Part shown: one piece after another, positions 46,801 through 61,200 of the stretch
Position numbering within the stretch: the stretch's first letter is position 1
Layout: each line of letters opens with the position of its first letter
Origin: Takakia lepidozioides
Taxonomy: Eukaryota; Plantae; Bryophyta
DNA length: 64,000 nucleotides
NCBI GenBank assembly: GCA_030704615.1
Contig: CM060734.1
Span: 22,382,001-22,446,000 of the forward strand
Direction: 5' to 3'
Made by a program: the position numbers and the translations under genes
The notes under the pieces: generated by a model
The model's database searches: none
What the model was told of the DNA's origin: nothing
What the model saw: the letters and a program-made list of their open reading frames with translations, nothing else

Positions 46801-49071
46801 ACAACTGGGCTGTTCAAGAGCAGAAGGGTGATCAAGCAGAAGCTATTCCAAAAAGATGAGTGCAATATTGAGAACTTGAATTATAGTTTTAGAGAAAAAG
46901 TCAGCTAATTGTCAAAGCGAGCACTCCAACTGAAAATATAGCTGTAGTTGTCATATTTGATGACTTCAAATCTGCTCATACAAAGAAACTTTGCTATGAA
47001 CGTTAAATAGTGACCATCTGGCTTATATCCCCTAAATTTAATTCACTATTTGTGCAATCTCTGGAGAAGTCCAGTTAATATTTCACTAAGTCAGGCCATG
47101 CAGGGTGCTTGATTGTATCTTTGTTCCTGCAATAACTGTAGGACCCTGTAGAGACCCCAGGACAATGCTGCAGGTGCACCATAGTATCCCTGATGTATCT
47201 TGGTCAAAGAGATAGGCCTTGATTCCACAGTCAAGTGTACGACCAGAGGGATGGATTGGAGTCTGTAGGCATCCATGAGGATCATGCAATGATTATATGA
47301 TACAAACTGTATGCCACAAATGGAGATTCGTGACGTACAAAGCAAAATCAGAGTTCCATGGGGCAGTCTTGCCCCCATCCAAATTGGTAGGCTTGGTCTT
47401 GTATTCCTTCTTCCCAAGAGTCACTGCAAGCAGCACCACTTCTCATCTCTCCTCTCCCTCTCACATTCTTCCATAAGGTCCTTGTCTTTGGGCAGCAATT
47501 TCAGGGTTGAAATTTCTGTGTCTTTTGTTTGTGGTTGTATCTCTCTCTCACACACACATCTATGGCAAGCAGGGTCAAATGAGCTATTTCGCCTCCACCA
47601 GCCAGGAAAATGAAGGTTATCGAGGGCTTGCCTTTGCTAAGGAAGAACAATGAGCTTAAGACACGAGGCCCTTCCAAATCCGGAGTTTCTTCATCCTTCC
47701 TATACCTTAGAATTTTCATTTGGATACTTCACCAAAGGTCCAACCCCATATCTCTACTGAACCACTTTCGTTCCAGCAATGAACACCCGTGCAAGAAGAA
47801 GAAAATAAAAGGGGGCAGAGGTAACATTTGCATACCTTTTACAGTTACGTCCTTGCCAGCTGTTCCAATTGTACATACATCGGATGTTCAAGTTAGTCAC
47901 CCAAGGATAACATGCTCGCTCAAATTTCTATTATCAAAACACTGGACTTAGGAGCTGTAACACTCTGAGGGGACCCATCTGCAGAAAAAAGAAAAGAAAT
48001 GAAATGACACTTTCTCTGCGGAAAGAAAACAAAAAAAAATTCTAACGTCCGGAGTAAGCTCAAAGAGCTTGTGCGACAGAAGAAAGCAGGTAACAAGAAC
48101 GACAGCCGGGCCTCTACAAGCAGCCCGGAAATTTGAACATCGCGATGAAAAGAACTTTATAACGTCCCCAAAGGCACTGAGACCCCTCTTACCAGGGACT
48201 CTTGTGGGCAGATCAACGACCTCCAAGACTGCATCCAGGCAACAACCACACATAATCGTCAGTATGGCTTCGATTAGCAGGCGACCAATCACAGGAGTCC
48301 AGCACAGCTAGCAAGCGAGCAGATGGCACTTGAGCATCTCCAAGCAGCTAAATAACAGCCCTTCAGGTATATTGTACGAATTGGGCTCGCATCAATGTAC
48401 CTTAAATTGAAGGACACTACACGATAATTATCAGTACCAAGGCCAGCACTGAGAGTCACGTGAAAATGGGTAATTATCTCAGATATGCTGCTATGTGTAA
48501 ACGAGTGGATGCGGTGGGCACGACGGGAGGCACTCTGCCTTGTGGGAGCATCTCAAAATGGATACACTGCTGAGTGCAAAATTCAGCCAGTTCAAAGGAC
48601 GGGGAGGGCTTGCGTCACTATCCGGAAAGTTCATGGGGCCTATTCACCTTCATTGCAGAACCAGGGATGGGTTTTGGACCCAACAGACTGTTGAGATAAA
48701 ATTCACGTCTCGCTCGATAGTCAACCAACAGGTTCAACCCCGAGCAACCGCCCAAAGCCACCCCTTCTCTAGGAAGTTTGGAATCAACAGTTGTCTTGTC
48801 AGTCCTTGAAAAAATTCTAAACTAGGTGGAACCAGAATCTGCGCAATGGGGTGTAAACAAACACCACAAATTTGAGAATTAATGCAGACTTGCGTAAGCT
48901 GCCAAAGGTTACATTGGAAAATCCGTCTTCAACGATGGCAAAGCACAATCAAATATCTTGCAAGGAAGCCATATGTCCAATTCTCCTAAAACATTCTGCT
49001 GCCAATCCAGCAGCAACGGACTTTTCAGCTCAAGTTGGACAACCACCTGAGACTTGAATGGTTCCCGGCAT
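43803..49071 (-). CDS. Uncharacterised plant protein with N-terminal C2-like domain (MPGTIQVSVLE family), multi-exon
   Basis: Exons 49071-49047 MPGTIQVS, 48228-48193 VLEVVDLP, 47859-47836 GKDVTVK, about 47423-47338 TLGKKEYKT..DFAF, about 46810-46737 PVVNLREKLVV, about 46530-46398 GGGHIHLKLSFVLTDKERKQI, then a long low-complexity C-terminus whose exons and stop are uncertain. Confidence 0.75.
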
Positions 49072-50060
49072 CTTGACCCCGCAGTTCGTCTTGCAAGCTA
49101 GATGGGCCTAACACCCTCCCGAAGCGTGCCCGCTGCACAGACCAACACTAGCACATATAACCTACATAGCTCCTCAGGCCAGTGCAATGACAGAGTGCAG
49201 GAAAATTTACGCATTTGGAGAAAGAAATCTGCAACCACTAGCTCCTCCTCCAACCACACCCGAATTTGACTACCTGCACCAACCTATGATCTTCCGAAGA
49301 GAGTGTGGATGACCCAGAAAAACAGGGAAGGGGGCGAGGAGAAATAGGCACCCTATGCCCGCAAAAACCCCATAGCCGTGCCCCCACCCAATCCACCTAC
49401 GCATCTCCACCGCAAACACAATCACAAACGGTCGAGCGACTTGATGGCAGCTGGAGACGTGGCAGGAGCCAATTGGGTCCTGCACCTCGCACGCGGCCAT
49501 ACATACCACGGATCTACTCTTCCGAAATTCAAAAACAGAAACAGCGGGACAGTAGCCTGGACCAAACCTAATACCGAACCTGAGGAGCGGTCCGAGGTCG
49601 TCACGAACCTACAATCGTCGCCTAAGCAAAACCCGAACCTGCGTGTCTCTCCGAGCGTAGCTTCCTTCACGCGGTGGCTGAGCTGGTGGTGTGTTGCTGA
49701 GGGTTCCCGCCACAGTGCTCCACCCCGTATCTCTGTGCTGCATTGCTGCAATTCTGAGCGCAGATTGTTGTGAGTGTTGCAGGAGGCTGCCTGGTGCAGA
49801 GGGCAGACAGGAGAAGCTCTGCATTCTCACCTGGGGCGTCCTTAATGAGTCGGTTTGGGGTCACTCTGGCGCTCTGTTTTGGATACAACTCAATACAGTA
49901 GGTGGGTTCCAGCTCAAACCAGCTTCCACCTCTGGCTGAGGTGTGGATAAGATGTTTTGGGAGTCTAATGTTGCATGTGATGTTGCCCAGAAGAGACCGT
50001 GTAGTGAGAGGGGTTTAACCTAAGTCATGGCGAAAACTTGCAGGGAATTCTGGAGCCAGA

Positions 50061-53000
50061 ATGAGTGCAGTGTTGGCCAGAAGATTGGAAGTTGCTGCAC
50101 ACAGTAGAGGTCTCGTCGAAGGGACTGCTCGCGAAAGCGTCTGGGAGTTTACCAGTGGCAGCAAGGAGTGCCAAACATGCGGCCGTTCCCCTGGAAAATT
50201 CAATGTATGTATGGATGTGTCTCCGATATCTTGTTTTTGAACCTCAACTTATACCTTGATGGGTGAAAACGAAGTGAGGTGGGTGGGTGTGTGGGGCGGC
50301 GGGGAGGGCGAGGTGGTACAATGCAGTTGTAAAGTGTTTTGTTTTTGGCAGGCAAAGTTAAACTGGGTGGAGCTGCCAGCAGGAGTTCGATTTGATCCTA
50401 GCGATGAAGAACTGCTAGAGCATTTGGCCGCTAAAATCGGACGCGGCGCTGCCACACCACATCCTCTTATCGATGACTTCATCTCCAGCTTAGATGGAGA
50501 GGATGGGATTTGTGGCACCCATCCTGAGAAGCTACCTGGTAACCTCTCTCTGGGTGTACCCGTAGACGGAATTATGTCTTTCTTTTCTGGTTCTCTCTCA
50601 CTTCTATGTCCTCTGTCTCATGTCTGTCTTTTGCCTCTCATTCTTTCTTGTCTCTGTATGCCACATGTACTTGGACACAAAAATTGTGGGGGAAAGCAGG
50701 GGTGAAAAAGGGTGGCCGCAGCTGCCACTTTTTCCACAGGCCTGCAATGGCTTACACGACGGGGACGCGCAAGCGCCGCAGAATTCAATCCGATGAATTT
50801 GTGAAGGGTGGGGGGGATACACGGTGGCACAAGACTGGCAAGACACGTCCAATCCAAAAGGTATGTTGTGCATCATGCAGGTCAATTTGAATCCATTATT
50901 TATGTGATTTGCCTCTTGCCGGGATTCATTTCACTTCAAAATATGGCTGTAACCTGCAATCACAAGTAGATAATGTTTTATTACTAAAGCTTTAATGACA
51001 TTTATTCGGTTTAGTCTGGTCCGTGACCTTTCATGGAGAATGCGGAATGTTAGTTCCCCATTTGAATCCAGATTCTGTCATTCAGATAATTTTGGCTCAT
51101 TGAGCCTTTCAGGGCTTCCCAGTGGAAAGAGAGAAAAATCCAATGGGGGTGGGACATCCATGGATAGGTGCAAGGGTTTAAGTTTAACGCGTAGGGTTTT
51201 AGAGCAAGCCCTGTTTCTTGGTCCTGTCTGTAGATGAAAGCCCTAATTCCAGAGTGAGTAAAATAGTGATCACATGAGAGAAAATGATATCTTGGTAAGA
51301 GAAGGGAGGGCTGGAGAGTTGCAATGGAAATGTAACCACTCCTTTTTATTGCAATTGCAGGATGGAAGGATTATGGGGTTCAAGAAGATTATGGTTCTGT
51401 ATTGTAACACTGGCAAAAAGACGAAGAATGTTAAGACCAATTGGGTGATGCATCAGTATCACCTTGGTGAGCAAGAAGAGGAGAAGGATGGAGAGTTAGT
51501 GGTTTGCAAAGTATTCTTCCAGATACAGCCCCGTAGTTGCCCAGGTGGGCGGAAAGCAAGCATTCCTGTAGAGGACGATGAAGATTGCAAGCCTTCAGAG
51601 ATTGACATTGGGTTCCAAGAACGGCCTGCACCAGGGCGGGATGGGAACTCCCCTGCAGCTTCAGGGGTTACGAGGGGGATGCCACCAAAGACCCCCAAGT
51701 TATATGCTCCATCTCGTCCAGGGAAACAACCCCAGAGAGAGCCAGTGGAGTCAATCTCCGAAATCTCCCTGGAGCAACGATCAGCTTTGGTAAGGCCTCA
51801 CAATTCTGTTGGGAAAAAAATGTGAGGCATATATCTATGAAGTGGGATTGGGATTAACTGATGGATGGGTTCATTCCACTGTGCATCCAGGTGACAGGCG
51901 TCGCTTCAAAATACAGCAACTTTGAAGTTTGCTGTTTGAATTCCTATCAATTGCCACATGGCCCAATGCCTGCCCAGCAATGGGAAAGTGTAGAAGGGCC
52001 CAACCCAGATGGCTCTTCTGGCCATCAGAATGTTGTTGAAGACTCAGTGGTTGCCAGAACCGTCTCATATGGAGAAGATGAGTCTTTTCAGACAGTCAAC
52101 CTGGAGGATGACCATCAGCCCTGGGAGGCAGTTGTTGCACCTCAGGCAGAACCCAAGGATATCACAATTGATTTCGACCCTGCAGCACTCTTTTGCAATG
52201 AGGAGCTCAATGGTGACCCCCTAGTGCAGGTAGGCGTCACACACATTGAAGTTCCTTTCTTTTTTCACTATCTAAAAAGGTAGCCTTTCCCTCTTATATA
52301 TCGACTCCATCCAGGCCAAAATCAGGCCATTTATGAGTCTCTCGTGCTTCTGGAAAGGGTGCTGCAACTTATTTACAATTTTGGTTGTAGTAACATGTCA
52401 CACGTTGAGAATGCAGGATTCATCATATGCAGATGTCAACTGGAGGAGCTGTGCCTTAGAAGTTGGCTGCAGCTTAGAGGATCCGGTGGATGAGGTGGAA
52501 CTGTGCACTATTCCAGATCTGCTAGAGGTTAGTGGGATGTCCATGTCAACTGACCTTGCGCCTGCACAATCTTTTTTCTGTTTTGTCTCTCTCTGATGTT
52601 TGTTAACTTTGTCTTGTTTATCGCTCTCTCTCGGCAGCTTATCATCACAAGCATGTATTATGACTTGTAGAGGCCTTTATCCATGAATTTTAGTCCAGAA
52701 TAGTTGACCCTACTGGATGAAGCTGACCTGGAGGGGGTTGTGTCCAAAGCCATGTCTGATGCGGGGCGGGAACTCAGGGCAGGAAGCCTATCTGTGAACA
52801 ATAAGCAGATGTAGAGAGGAAGAGGAGATTGTAATTGCCAGATGTGCGGGCAGCCTGAAGACCATCTATTTTATGATGTGTTGTCCGGGATATTCTCACC
52901 CGAGAGTGACCCTCTTCAGGACGATCAAGAACATTGTAGTCCCTGCACCTCGTTCGCCAACTTTCAAAATCTTAAGGCTGAGCCTAAAACCCTGACCCTC

Positions 53001-53410
53001 TCTTTGGGTCTAATTGCTGGGCAGCTCACAGCAAGTTGATGCTTGTGTGAAGGGCTTTCTAGAGGATATCTGGGAAAACAATTGTCCCTATCAAGGTAAG
53101 TCACACTACCAGAGTGAGCCCCTCACAAAGGTAGTTTATGTTCCATTTTGTTCCACCCAAACTGGGTGCGGGGTCTATGGCGACAAGGCTACGGCAAATA
53201 ACATCTTATGAGTACCTTCTTTCTCTCCCTTGTAGCCCCCCCTGTTGAAAGTTCTTTTCAATCTTTCTTTTTCTTTCTCTCGATAGATCCTACTCTAAGG
53301 ATGCAAGGGTGGTGGTGCAGTGCCCAGAAATGACATCCCAGGATTGGGACTGGATTGGCAAAAGTCCTGTGGTTGATCCTGATAATAGTGACAGCCAGTC
53401 AACTACTTGA
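50061..53410 (+). CDS. SOG1: SOG1-like NAC transcription factor; exons about 50061-50204, 50352-50538, 50700-50860, 51361-51789, 51891-52229, 52417-52527, 53321-53410
   Basis: N-terminal CxxC (KECQTCG), [62 protein letters not shown] and C-terminal SQDW. Start codon and last exon are inferred; orthology is not tested. Confidence 0.85.
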
Positions 53411-53439
53411 CACCAGGTAACACTCGCTTGTCTTTCTTC

Positions 53440-56400
53440 CAGACGTGTAACATGCTGAATGCATGTGAATTGCTGCTGAAAAATGAATATGAATGGTCAT
53501 ATTACAGTTGAATCAGGCCCTCCATAACCATGACATACACTTTAAAAATAACTATAGACATCCCTATATTAGATAACCATAAAATTTTAGGGAATTCAGA
53601 GATCGTACCTGTCATTTCCAGCTGCCATCTTGTGATCTGTCTGAGTCTGTATTCTAGATATCCATAGGAAGTTAAGAAGGTTGTTTTGTTCCCTTTTCCT
53701 AACGATTCTTTGTGTGGTTCTGCAGAGCCATGCCTCCAGGCAACTGAATTGGGTAGAAACTCCAAGAGTGCAAAACGCAGATTGTTTGCAAGGGTTAATG
53801 GTGTGTGGCAGTGGCTGAGGGTAGAAGTCCACATCCCATTGTCACTAGTGATATATCATTTGGCAGGCTCTATGTATAAGACTCGGGATGTGGCAAACAA
53901 TCCAGCATCGCAGCTTGGTGAATATTTCCTCTGCTTGCTCTTAAACAGCATGGTAATTTTTGCCGTGCTCCGGTACAGGAAGTTTTGAGAGGTAAACTCT
54001 GTAAACAGTAGAACGCGTAGAGAAATTGTCACTGATTTGCTTGTGAGGGGCCAAAGATGGCCCCTGCATTTATTGCTAAATTTTGTACATATAGTCTTTA
54101 CCTAGATAAAGGCTGTAATGCGGAGGCTTTGGTATGCTATGTGCTTTTGTCTGTGATATTGGACCCTAGATCAATCCTTCCCAGGTTTTAATGCAAAAGA
54201 ATATTTGATGCAGAGGATGAAATCATTTGCAATGTTAGAATGCCAGAGAGAGGGAAAGAAAGCCTTGAAGCACTGGATGATGAGAGTACAGGTTAGATGA
54301 TGTTGCCAACATTGTCCAACATTCTCTTTGATGTCCATGGATTGAAGTTTGGGTCAACTGTAAATGCCGTCTCTGGACTGTAAACAGTCTCAATTCCCTG
54401 AGTTCCAGAACCTTGAAAAGCTGTTGCCCACCTCTGCATCTCAACTCTGGGGGAGTACTTCCATAACTTGATGCTACCGATCCAGTCAGATCCTAAATTA
54501 ACTCTCAATATCGCTTTTTCTGTGCGGGTGAGTACCCCTGGAACGCCTATCCATATAATCAAGAACCTGCGGATAAGTGGTACATGATGACTGCCACACT
54601 GCTACCAAGTTCATCTGGAAAAATGTCCACCCAATTTGAGAAATCGTTGCAAGGGATGTGAACTGCTTCCATCACTTCAAAGATGATAAGTGGACAACTC
54701 TAGGCCAACTTGGGTGGCCAATCTATCAGAATCTTGGCCTACCAGAAAAGCAAAATTGTCTCCTGGAATTGTGCAAGGCTGCAGTTATTGTGGATACCTC
54801 TCTCAGTGGTTCAAACGTTCAAACAGGAAATAGCATGAGTGCATTCAGGCTAAAGTGGTTCGAACAGCTACATGCAATGCTTTGGATTTTTCTACTGATG
54901 AATACTGAAGTTAAAAAGACCATGCTGTGCAACGTTATTAGGCCTACCTTGGAGAACGCATCTGCTGCAAAGACAGTTGCTAAACTTTATAGCCGAAAGC
55001 TACAGTTTCGGTGCTGAAAGAGAGCAAAAAGCAAAAGAAATGGTGCAAGCGGATACCCTTGCCTCACGGACTTGAAAAGCGGAAAAGATTTAGAAATGAC
55101 CCCGGTGATGATGACCCTACTGGAAGCAGAAGAGAGCAAGATGTGAATCCATTTTAGGAAGGAACCATCGATACCAGAAGCTTTGAGGGTTCCAAGCAAA
55201 TATTCCCAGTTGATATTGTCGAATGCCTTTTCAAAGTCTAGCATAGAGCATGGCAAGAGGCTGATTGTTTGAGTGAGCCAGATTGATCGCCTCGTTAGCC
55301 AACAAAATGTTGTCTAGAATCATTCTCTTCTTTAAGAAACCAGTCTGCTCCGGATGGATCAGTTTCAGCAAGGGCTGCAGCCTTCTAGCCAGCGCCTTCG
55401 TAATTATCTTGTAAGAAGAATTCAAAAACGTGATAGGCCTGTAGTTAGCAAGGTTGCTTCGGTCACTTTTTTTATGAATCAGGGTGAATATCACTTGAGA
55501 GATCTGCGAAGGCATGATGCCTTTCTCAAGGACGTCATTAGCCATTTCTAAGAAATCATAGCAACAGGGCTCACTGTACCTTTTTCAAGGCTCGATTGGC
55601 AATGATTGAGACATTTGAGAAGCGCTTTATCTCTATGTGATCTAGCCAAAGCCCAAGCACGAGAAAGAGATTGCGCCATGTTTCTAGTAGCATGGAGTTT
55701 GTGGAGGTAGGTAACCGTAGGAGAAGCAAAGTCCTTGCCCGAGGAAGTCCATCATTCCTTCAGCTGCTGCAGTAAAGGGGGAATTTTGAGGATGGATGGG
55801 TTCATCTTGAAATAACCCCGACCTCTTTTGTACATTCCAGGAGGACAGAACGAGACCGCCACCTCGGCGTGATCAAAATCAGGGAGAATGGGTCCATGTG
55901 TCACACAGGAAGACCATGTCAGAGGGGCTTGGGAACAATATATGCTATCAAGCCGCGCCATCCTAAGGTTAGGGGGATGTCGTAAATTAGACCAAGTGTA
56001 TTTTAGCCCAGAAGCAGGAGTCAACTAGTCCAACACAGAATGTAAGCATGTCCCAAGCATTAAATGCTCCTCATCAGAAAGAGACTGCGAGGTAAGATCC
56101 GAACGCTCAGAAAAGCAATCTACCATATTGAAGTCACCAGCGATGACCCAATTAAGAACATGAAAGAGATCCAAAATTCTACCCCTAATGAGATCCCATA
56201 AGGCTGCACGCTCAACAGAAACATTGGGAGCGTAAATGTTCATGAATGCAGTATGGCCGAAGCAAGATACAGGATCAATGAAGATGCACTGTACTCGCCC
56301 CTGCTGCACCTAACCTCCTTAATGGAAGCCGCGAGAGAGGGGGAGGCCAAGATTGCCGTTCCTCCCCGAGAGCCAGAAACAGTCGGATTCCACCATGATA

Positions 56401-57700
56401 AATTCAAAGGCCAGAAGGAGTTTCCACTGGATTGGATTTTGGAGTCGTCTAGCTTTGTCTCCTGAAGAAAGATAAGAGAGGCTGAAGCTTGTTCAGAGAA
56501 GAGGCCCAGAGCTTAATTCGTCTTCGCTGGGGCACAGAGGCATCTGAGCCTATACCAGCTCTCACGACGTTCCAGGAGTGCAGAGTCCAACTTATGTCGG
56601 CAGGCAAGCCCATGTAACAACGTACATGATTTGATGGCTGATGAGACACAAAAAAATAGAGCCTTCGCGAACAGAGGGGGTGAACGATCAGGCGAGGTCA
56701 CAGAGTCATGTTGAGCAGCGATGAGGGGAACGACGGCGCATACGTCCAAATTTAGATCAAGGTAGTAGATTCTCGAAGTCTGACAGCCGGCATAGGATGT
56801 AGAATCCAGAGTCCGAAAGGAATAGAGATGAATGCCAAAAGCACGGCCGCGTAAACGACTAAACAAGGTCTTTGGAGATTTGGTATGGCAGCTATCCAGA
56901 CATTTCGTCAGAACATCCCAATGTGCAGAATTATCAAGAATAGAGACCATTTGTGAGCAGCAAGAGTAGTGTGGGCTCACCGGAGCTGGGGACTCAATGT
57001 CCAGATCCATGAGAAAAAAAACTCGATCATCAGGGGTGGCTCTGATTCCGTGGGAGCGTTTCTCTGAGAGTAGCCGATCTCTTCGATAATCCTCATGCCG
57101 TTTTCGAAAAGGGCCGAGAGAAAATGCCTGTTCCTAGCCTCTCCAAACTCTTCTGGAATCTTTTTTCCTGCCATCCGTGACAGAAAGGGAAAGCTGATAT
57201 CCTGCAGCTTAAGATCGGACAATCGTAAGACATGGAAAAGCTGGATAGAGTTGTTACCAGAGGTACACTGATCTGAAGAAAAGACCCGAAGTAGAAGGCA
57301 GTGTCCTTGGTTACTGTAAAAATCTAGGAGCCAACGAAGGAGTCCTTCCCAGTGGCCAAAATGGCTGGGGCACTCTCAGGGAATCCAGAAACAATTGGAG
57401 TGATGTGAATGGCAACAGCCAAGGGCCCATCGGGCGAAGGGTCGTCAGGTAGCAACAACCTCGAGAAGGACTTTAGTCTACTGCAGAAAGCACCCAGATT
57501 TTCATCAGCCCCTTTTGCAAGGGTAAAAATTGCCGCGTCGCTCTTGAGCGTGAAATCAAGGGGACGGGAGATAAGCACCTCGCGAGGGCTGAGAAAGCAC
57601 CCTTGTCCTTTTGGAAGGAGGAAGGTCACAAGGAGAGATATCATCTCGAGGACGCATCCTTAACTCTGCACCATGTTCTCAAGCAGCAGACGCATCTGGA
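53440..57700 (-). mobile_element. Degraded L1-clade LINE related to 31250-38560
   Basis: HSWNV..GIGSD, NIYAPN, IAGDFN, YTWSN..RLD, NYRPITFLN, LDFEKAFD and RQGYPLAP in broken minus-strand ORFs. Confidence 0.85.
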
Positions 57701-57744
57701 TTATCCTGCATAGAAGAAGAAGAAGATGAAGGTTAGGAGTACTA

Positions 57745-57800
57745 GAGCCTTTATTGAGGGACTGAGCCTTTATTGAGGGACTGAGCCTTTATTGAGGGAC
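57745..57800. repeat. 19-bp tandem repeat x3 (GAGCCTTTATTGAGGGACT)
   Basis: Seen directly; the third copy lacks the final T. Confidence 0.95.
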
Positions 57801-57820
57801 AATCCGCTCTAACATGGCTT

Positions 57821-58249
57821 TGTCAAGTTATTTTACCACTAGTGTGAAACTAGCTAGGAAATAGTTGGTTTTGATATATTGACATTTGGGATTGGCCCAA
57901 GTGTCAATCTAGGGCCAAGGTATGTTTAGGCACCTGGCGTGGTTATCTCCACGGCAAGCGCGGTGGGCTCATCTTTCTCGAGTTGAGCCCACCGCGCCTA
58001 GCTATGGCGCTGTAGTATGGATTCCCCATAGCATGGGGTGTATTTGGCTTGACTTTATATGAGTGATGATTTCATGTGCAAAGTTTGTGAGCTAAAGATT
58101 CTTCTTATTTATCACTCGAGAAAGATGAGTGCCAGATACGAGTTAGTTGTAGCACTTGTGGTTTTTGCTTGAAAATGAGAGAAATCAAGTTGATATACAA
58201 AGAGCACCGTGGAGGTCTTGGTTGTTAGAAGCGGAGGCGATGCTAGTTA
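57821..58249 (+). mobile_element. 5' end of a related subfamily element (variant A, PBS and leader), interrupted by copy 2
   Basis: Starts TGTCAAGTTATTTTACCACTAG, retains ATCA|CTCGAGAAAGATGAG, and is collinear with 17463-17938 up to GTTA. Confidence 0.9.
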
Positions 58250-61200
58250 TGTCAAGTTATTTTACCACTAGTATGAAACTAGCTAGGAAATAGCTAGCTT
58301 TTACATATTGACATTTGGGATTGACCCAAGTGTCAATCCAGGGGTCAAGGCAGATTTAGGCCCTGGAGTGGTTATCTTCACGGCAAGCGCGGGAGGCTCA
58401 TCTTTCTCGAGTTAAGCCTCACCGCACCTAGCTATGGCGCCGTAGTGTGGATTCCCCATGGCGTGGGGTGCACTTGGCTTGACTTGTATTTGAGTGATGA
58501 GGTTATATATGCATGAGTTTATGCTTCAGCTTTGTGAGCTCGCATGAGCTTGTGCTTGTATTCTTCTTCTTTATCACTCGAGAAAGATGAGCTCGTATCT
58601 GTGAGTGCCAGATACGAGTTAGTTGTAGCACTTGTGGTTTTTGCTTGAGAATGAGAGATTCCAAATTGTTATGCAAGGAGCACCGTGGAGCTCTTGGTTG
58701 TTAGAAGCGGAGGCGATGTGGGTTACGAGGTGGTAGACCTTGGCATTCGATCTTCAGCTTTAGAGATGAAAACACCATGCTGCAGGTAATTCCAGAGCAC
58801 CTTGATGGTTTCAGATTGTGTACATGCATGAGCAAGCACGATTGGGAAGAGGACTAGTCAAGAGCAGGTTATAGTGGCTTTGGTGGCAAAGCTGAGAACT
58901 GGACTTGGGAATGCGAGCTTTCATTGTGTGAAGGATTGCAAGACCAAGCGAAAGGGCTGATTTGGCTTGGGGCAAATCAATGCACTTTGTGGAGTATGGT
59001 GAGATTGGGTTTCAATCTCGAGCTTCAGCATTGAGAGGGCTCTTGTCATGGCAAGAGCAGGGCTGGAACAGGAGCTAAGAGGTGCGGCAAGGCCATGGAA
59101 TGTGCACCTAGGGTTTCAGAGCTTGGAAGAAGAGCTCTTGTACCACAAGAGAAGTGTCTTGTGGTTGGAAATGTAAGCCTTAGGGTTTCAGGAGCTTGGC
59201 AAAGGCTGTGGAGTGCTTAGTCTTGTCCTAGAGAGCATCAAAGAGCCAAGGAGCCAAGATAGGGGGCTGATATCTCTTGTGTGAAGAGGTTGCATGTGTG
59301 GAGCATGTATTCAGCTCATTGAAGCTTCCATCTTCAAGCTTGGAGGGCAAGCAAGGAAGAGGGAAGGGCTGACTTCCCTTATGTGAGGGCAATGCATGTG
59401 TGGAGCATGCTATCAGCCTGGTGAAGGCTTGCACTTTCAGGTGTGGGAGTGCAAGAAAGGAAGGAAGGGGTTGGTTTCCCTGTAGGGCATGTGGAGCATG
59501 CTTTCAGCCTGCTGAAGCTTGTATTTTCAGGTTTGTGGGTGCAAGAAATGAAGCAAAGGAGCTGATTCTCTTATGGTGAGAGTGGGGCATGTGTGGAGCA
59601 TGCCTTCAGCCCATTGAGGCTCTTGTTTTCAAGCTTTAGAGAGCTAGAACGGAAGGTCTAGGGCTGGTTTCCACTTGGAGTGAAAGAAAAGCACTTGTAG
59701 GGCCTATGTGAGTTGGGGTTTCAACTTCAAGCTTGAAGGGAGCGCAACTCTTGAAGCAGTAGGTGTAGGGGCTGGAATAGGCTCTAAGACAGATGCTATG
59801 GCCAAGGAGAATGCTTGAATGAGTGCTCACAAGGGCTGGGAACCAGCAGGGCTTGGTTGTTTGCCATTGAGTTTAGTGGCGTGTTTGGGAGGCTAAGTGA
59901 GAAAGAAGGCTTGGTTTGTGGCAACCACCTCATGGCTTAGGGCTACTATGGTGGTGTGTGGGAGCCGAAAGAGCAAGAATACCTTGTTGATTTCCTCACA
60001 GCCGCCATAGCTCGGTGGAAAGAAGCCTAGAGTCCAAGAGACACAAACCCTAGCTTGGCGTGGCTAAACCCCTTGGAGAAATGGCTAAACTGCCAGAGCG
60101 GCCATGGATGGGGCTGTGACGGGCTGTCCTGTGGCCTTGGGGGCTGTGACGGGTAGTGAGGGGCTGTGCCGGTGGCCTTCGGGGCTGTGCCGGGCTGTGA
60201 CGGGCTGTGTCAGGCTGTGGCGGGAGGAGTGGAGGATGTACTGGTCACCCGACTATGTCTCCGTCACTAGGGGCACTAGAGCTACGAGGGCAGTGGCTAC
60301 ACCTGCCGCTGCACCGGCAGCTTCAGCAAGTAGCAGTGGGACTGGTGGTACAGTAGCTACAACGTCCACCCAAGCAACTACCGCACCAGCACTAGCACCC
60401 GTGCCTGCCTTCAACCCTGTTGTGGAGTTCTTCGAAGAGTTGAGAGAGAACTACCAGGGGTGAGGACAGAGAAGTTGCGGAGCTTGCAAGAGTTCCAACG
60501 GAAGCCAACCGAGAGCTTGAGGGAGGCTTTCACTCGCATGAGGCGCTTGATAAGTGTAACCCAAGGGGTTACGGAAGCTCAGGCAGTCCAATTTTGGTAT
60601 GGGATATTGGATAAGGAGCTGAGGAGAAGGGTGCGGGATGCAACTCTCCTACAAGCGGCCCAACCCACCTTAGCAAATGTGTTTTTGCTGGCAGAGCGGA
60701 TAGAGCTCAACATGGTGGAGGAACGAGTGGTCACGGTGGGATTTTCTAAGGAGACACCACGGGGTAGTGGTGCTCCTAGCCAACCACTACCTCAACGTGC
60801 TCAAGGCAACAAGGGGGCTCAGGTGAAGCTTGGGGAAGGGCAGAGAGGACCTCAGATGCAGGGGTCTCTCCCTTCATTTGCTGGCCAACAACGGGCGGAT
60901 GTGGTGTGCTGGACATGTGGAGGACCCCATGTCAAGAAGGATTGCCCAGAGGAGGCAAAGGGCCGGCACATGCACAGCCTGCACAGTTGCAGTGTGGGCA
61001 TTGTGGCAAGCACGGGCATGGAGAGGCCCAGTGTTATGGTTTGCATCCTGAGTTGCGCCCAGGCCAGTTCCAAGGGAACAATGGTGGCCGGGGGCGAGGT
61101 GGAGCAGCCCAGAGAGGACGAGGTGGCCAGCCACGAGGTGCAGGCCAAGGGCAAGCGCAACATGGCCAAGGACGCGGAGGTCAAGGTGTTGACCAAGGCA

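Noticed and set aside
57741-57815. Possible Helitron 3' end (CTAG) or LTR start at the 19-bp repeats
   Set aside because: No convincing hairpin or matching second terminus in the window.
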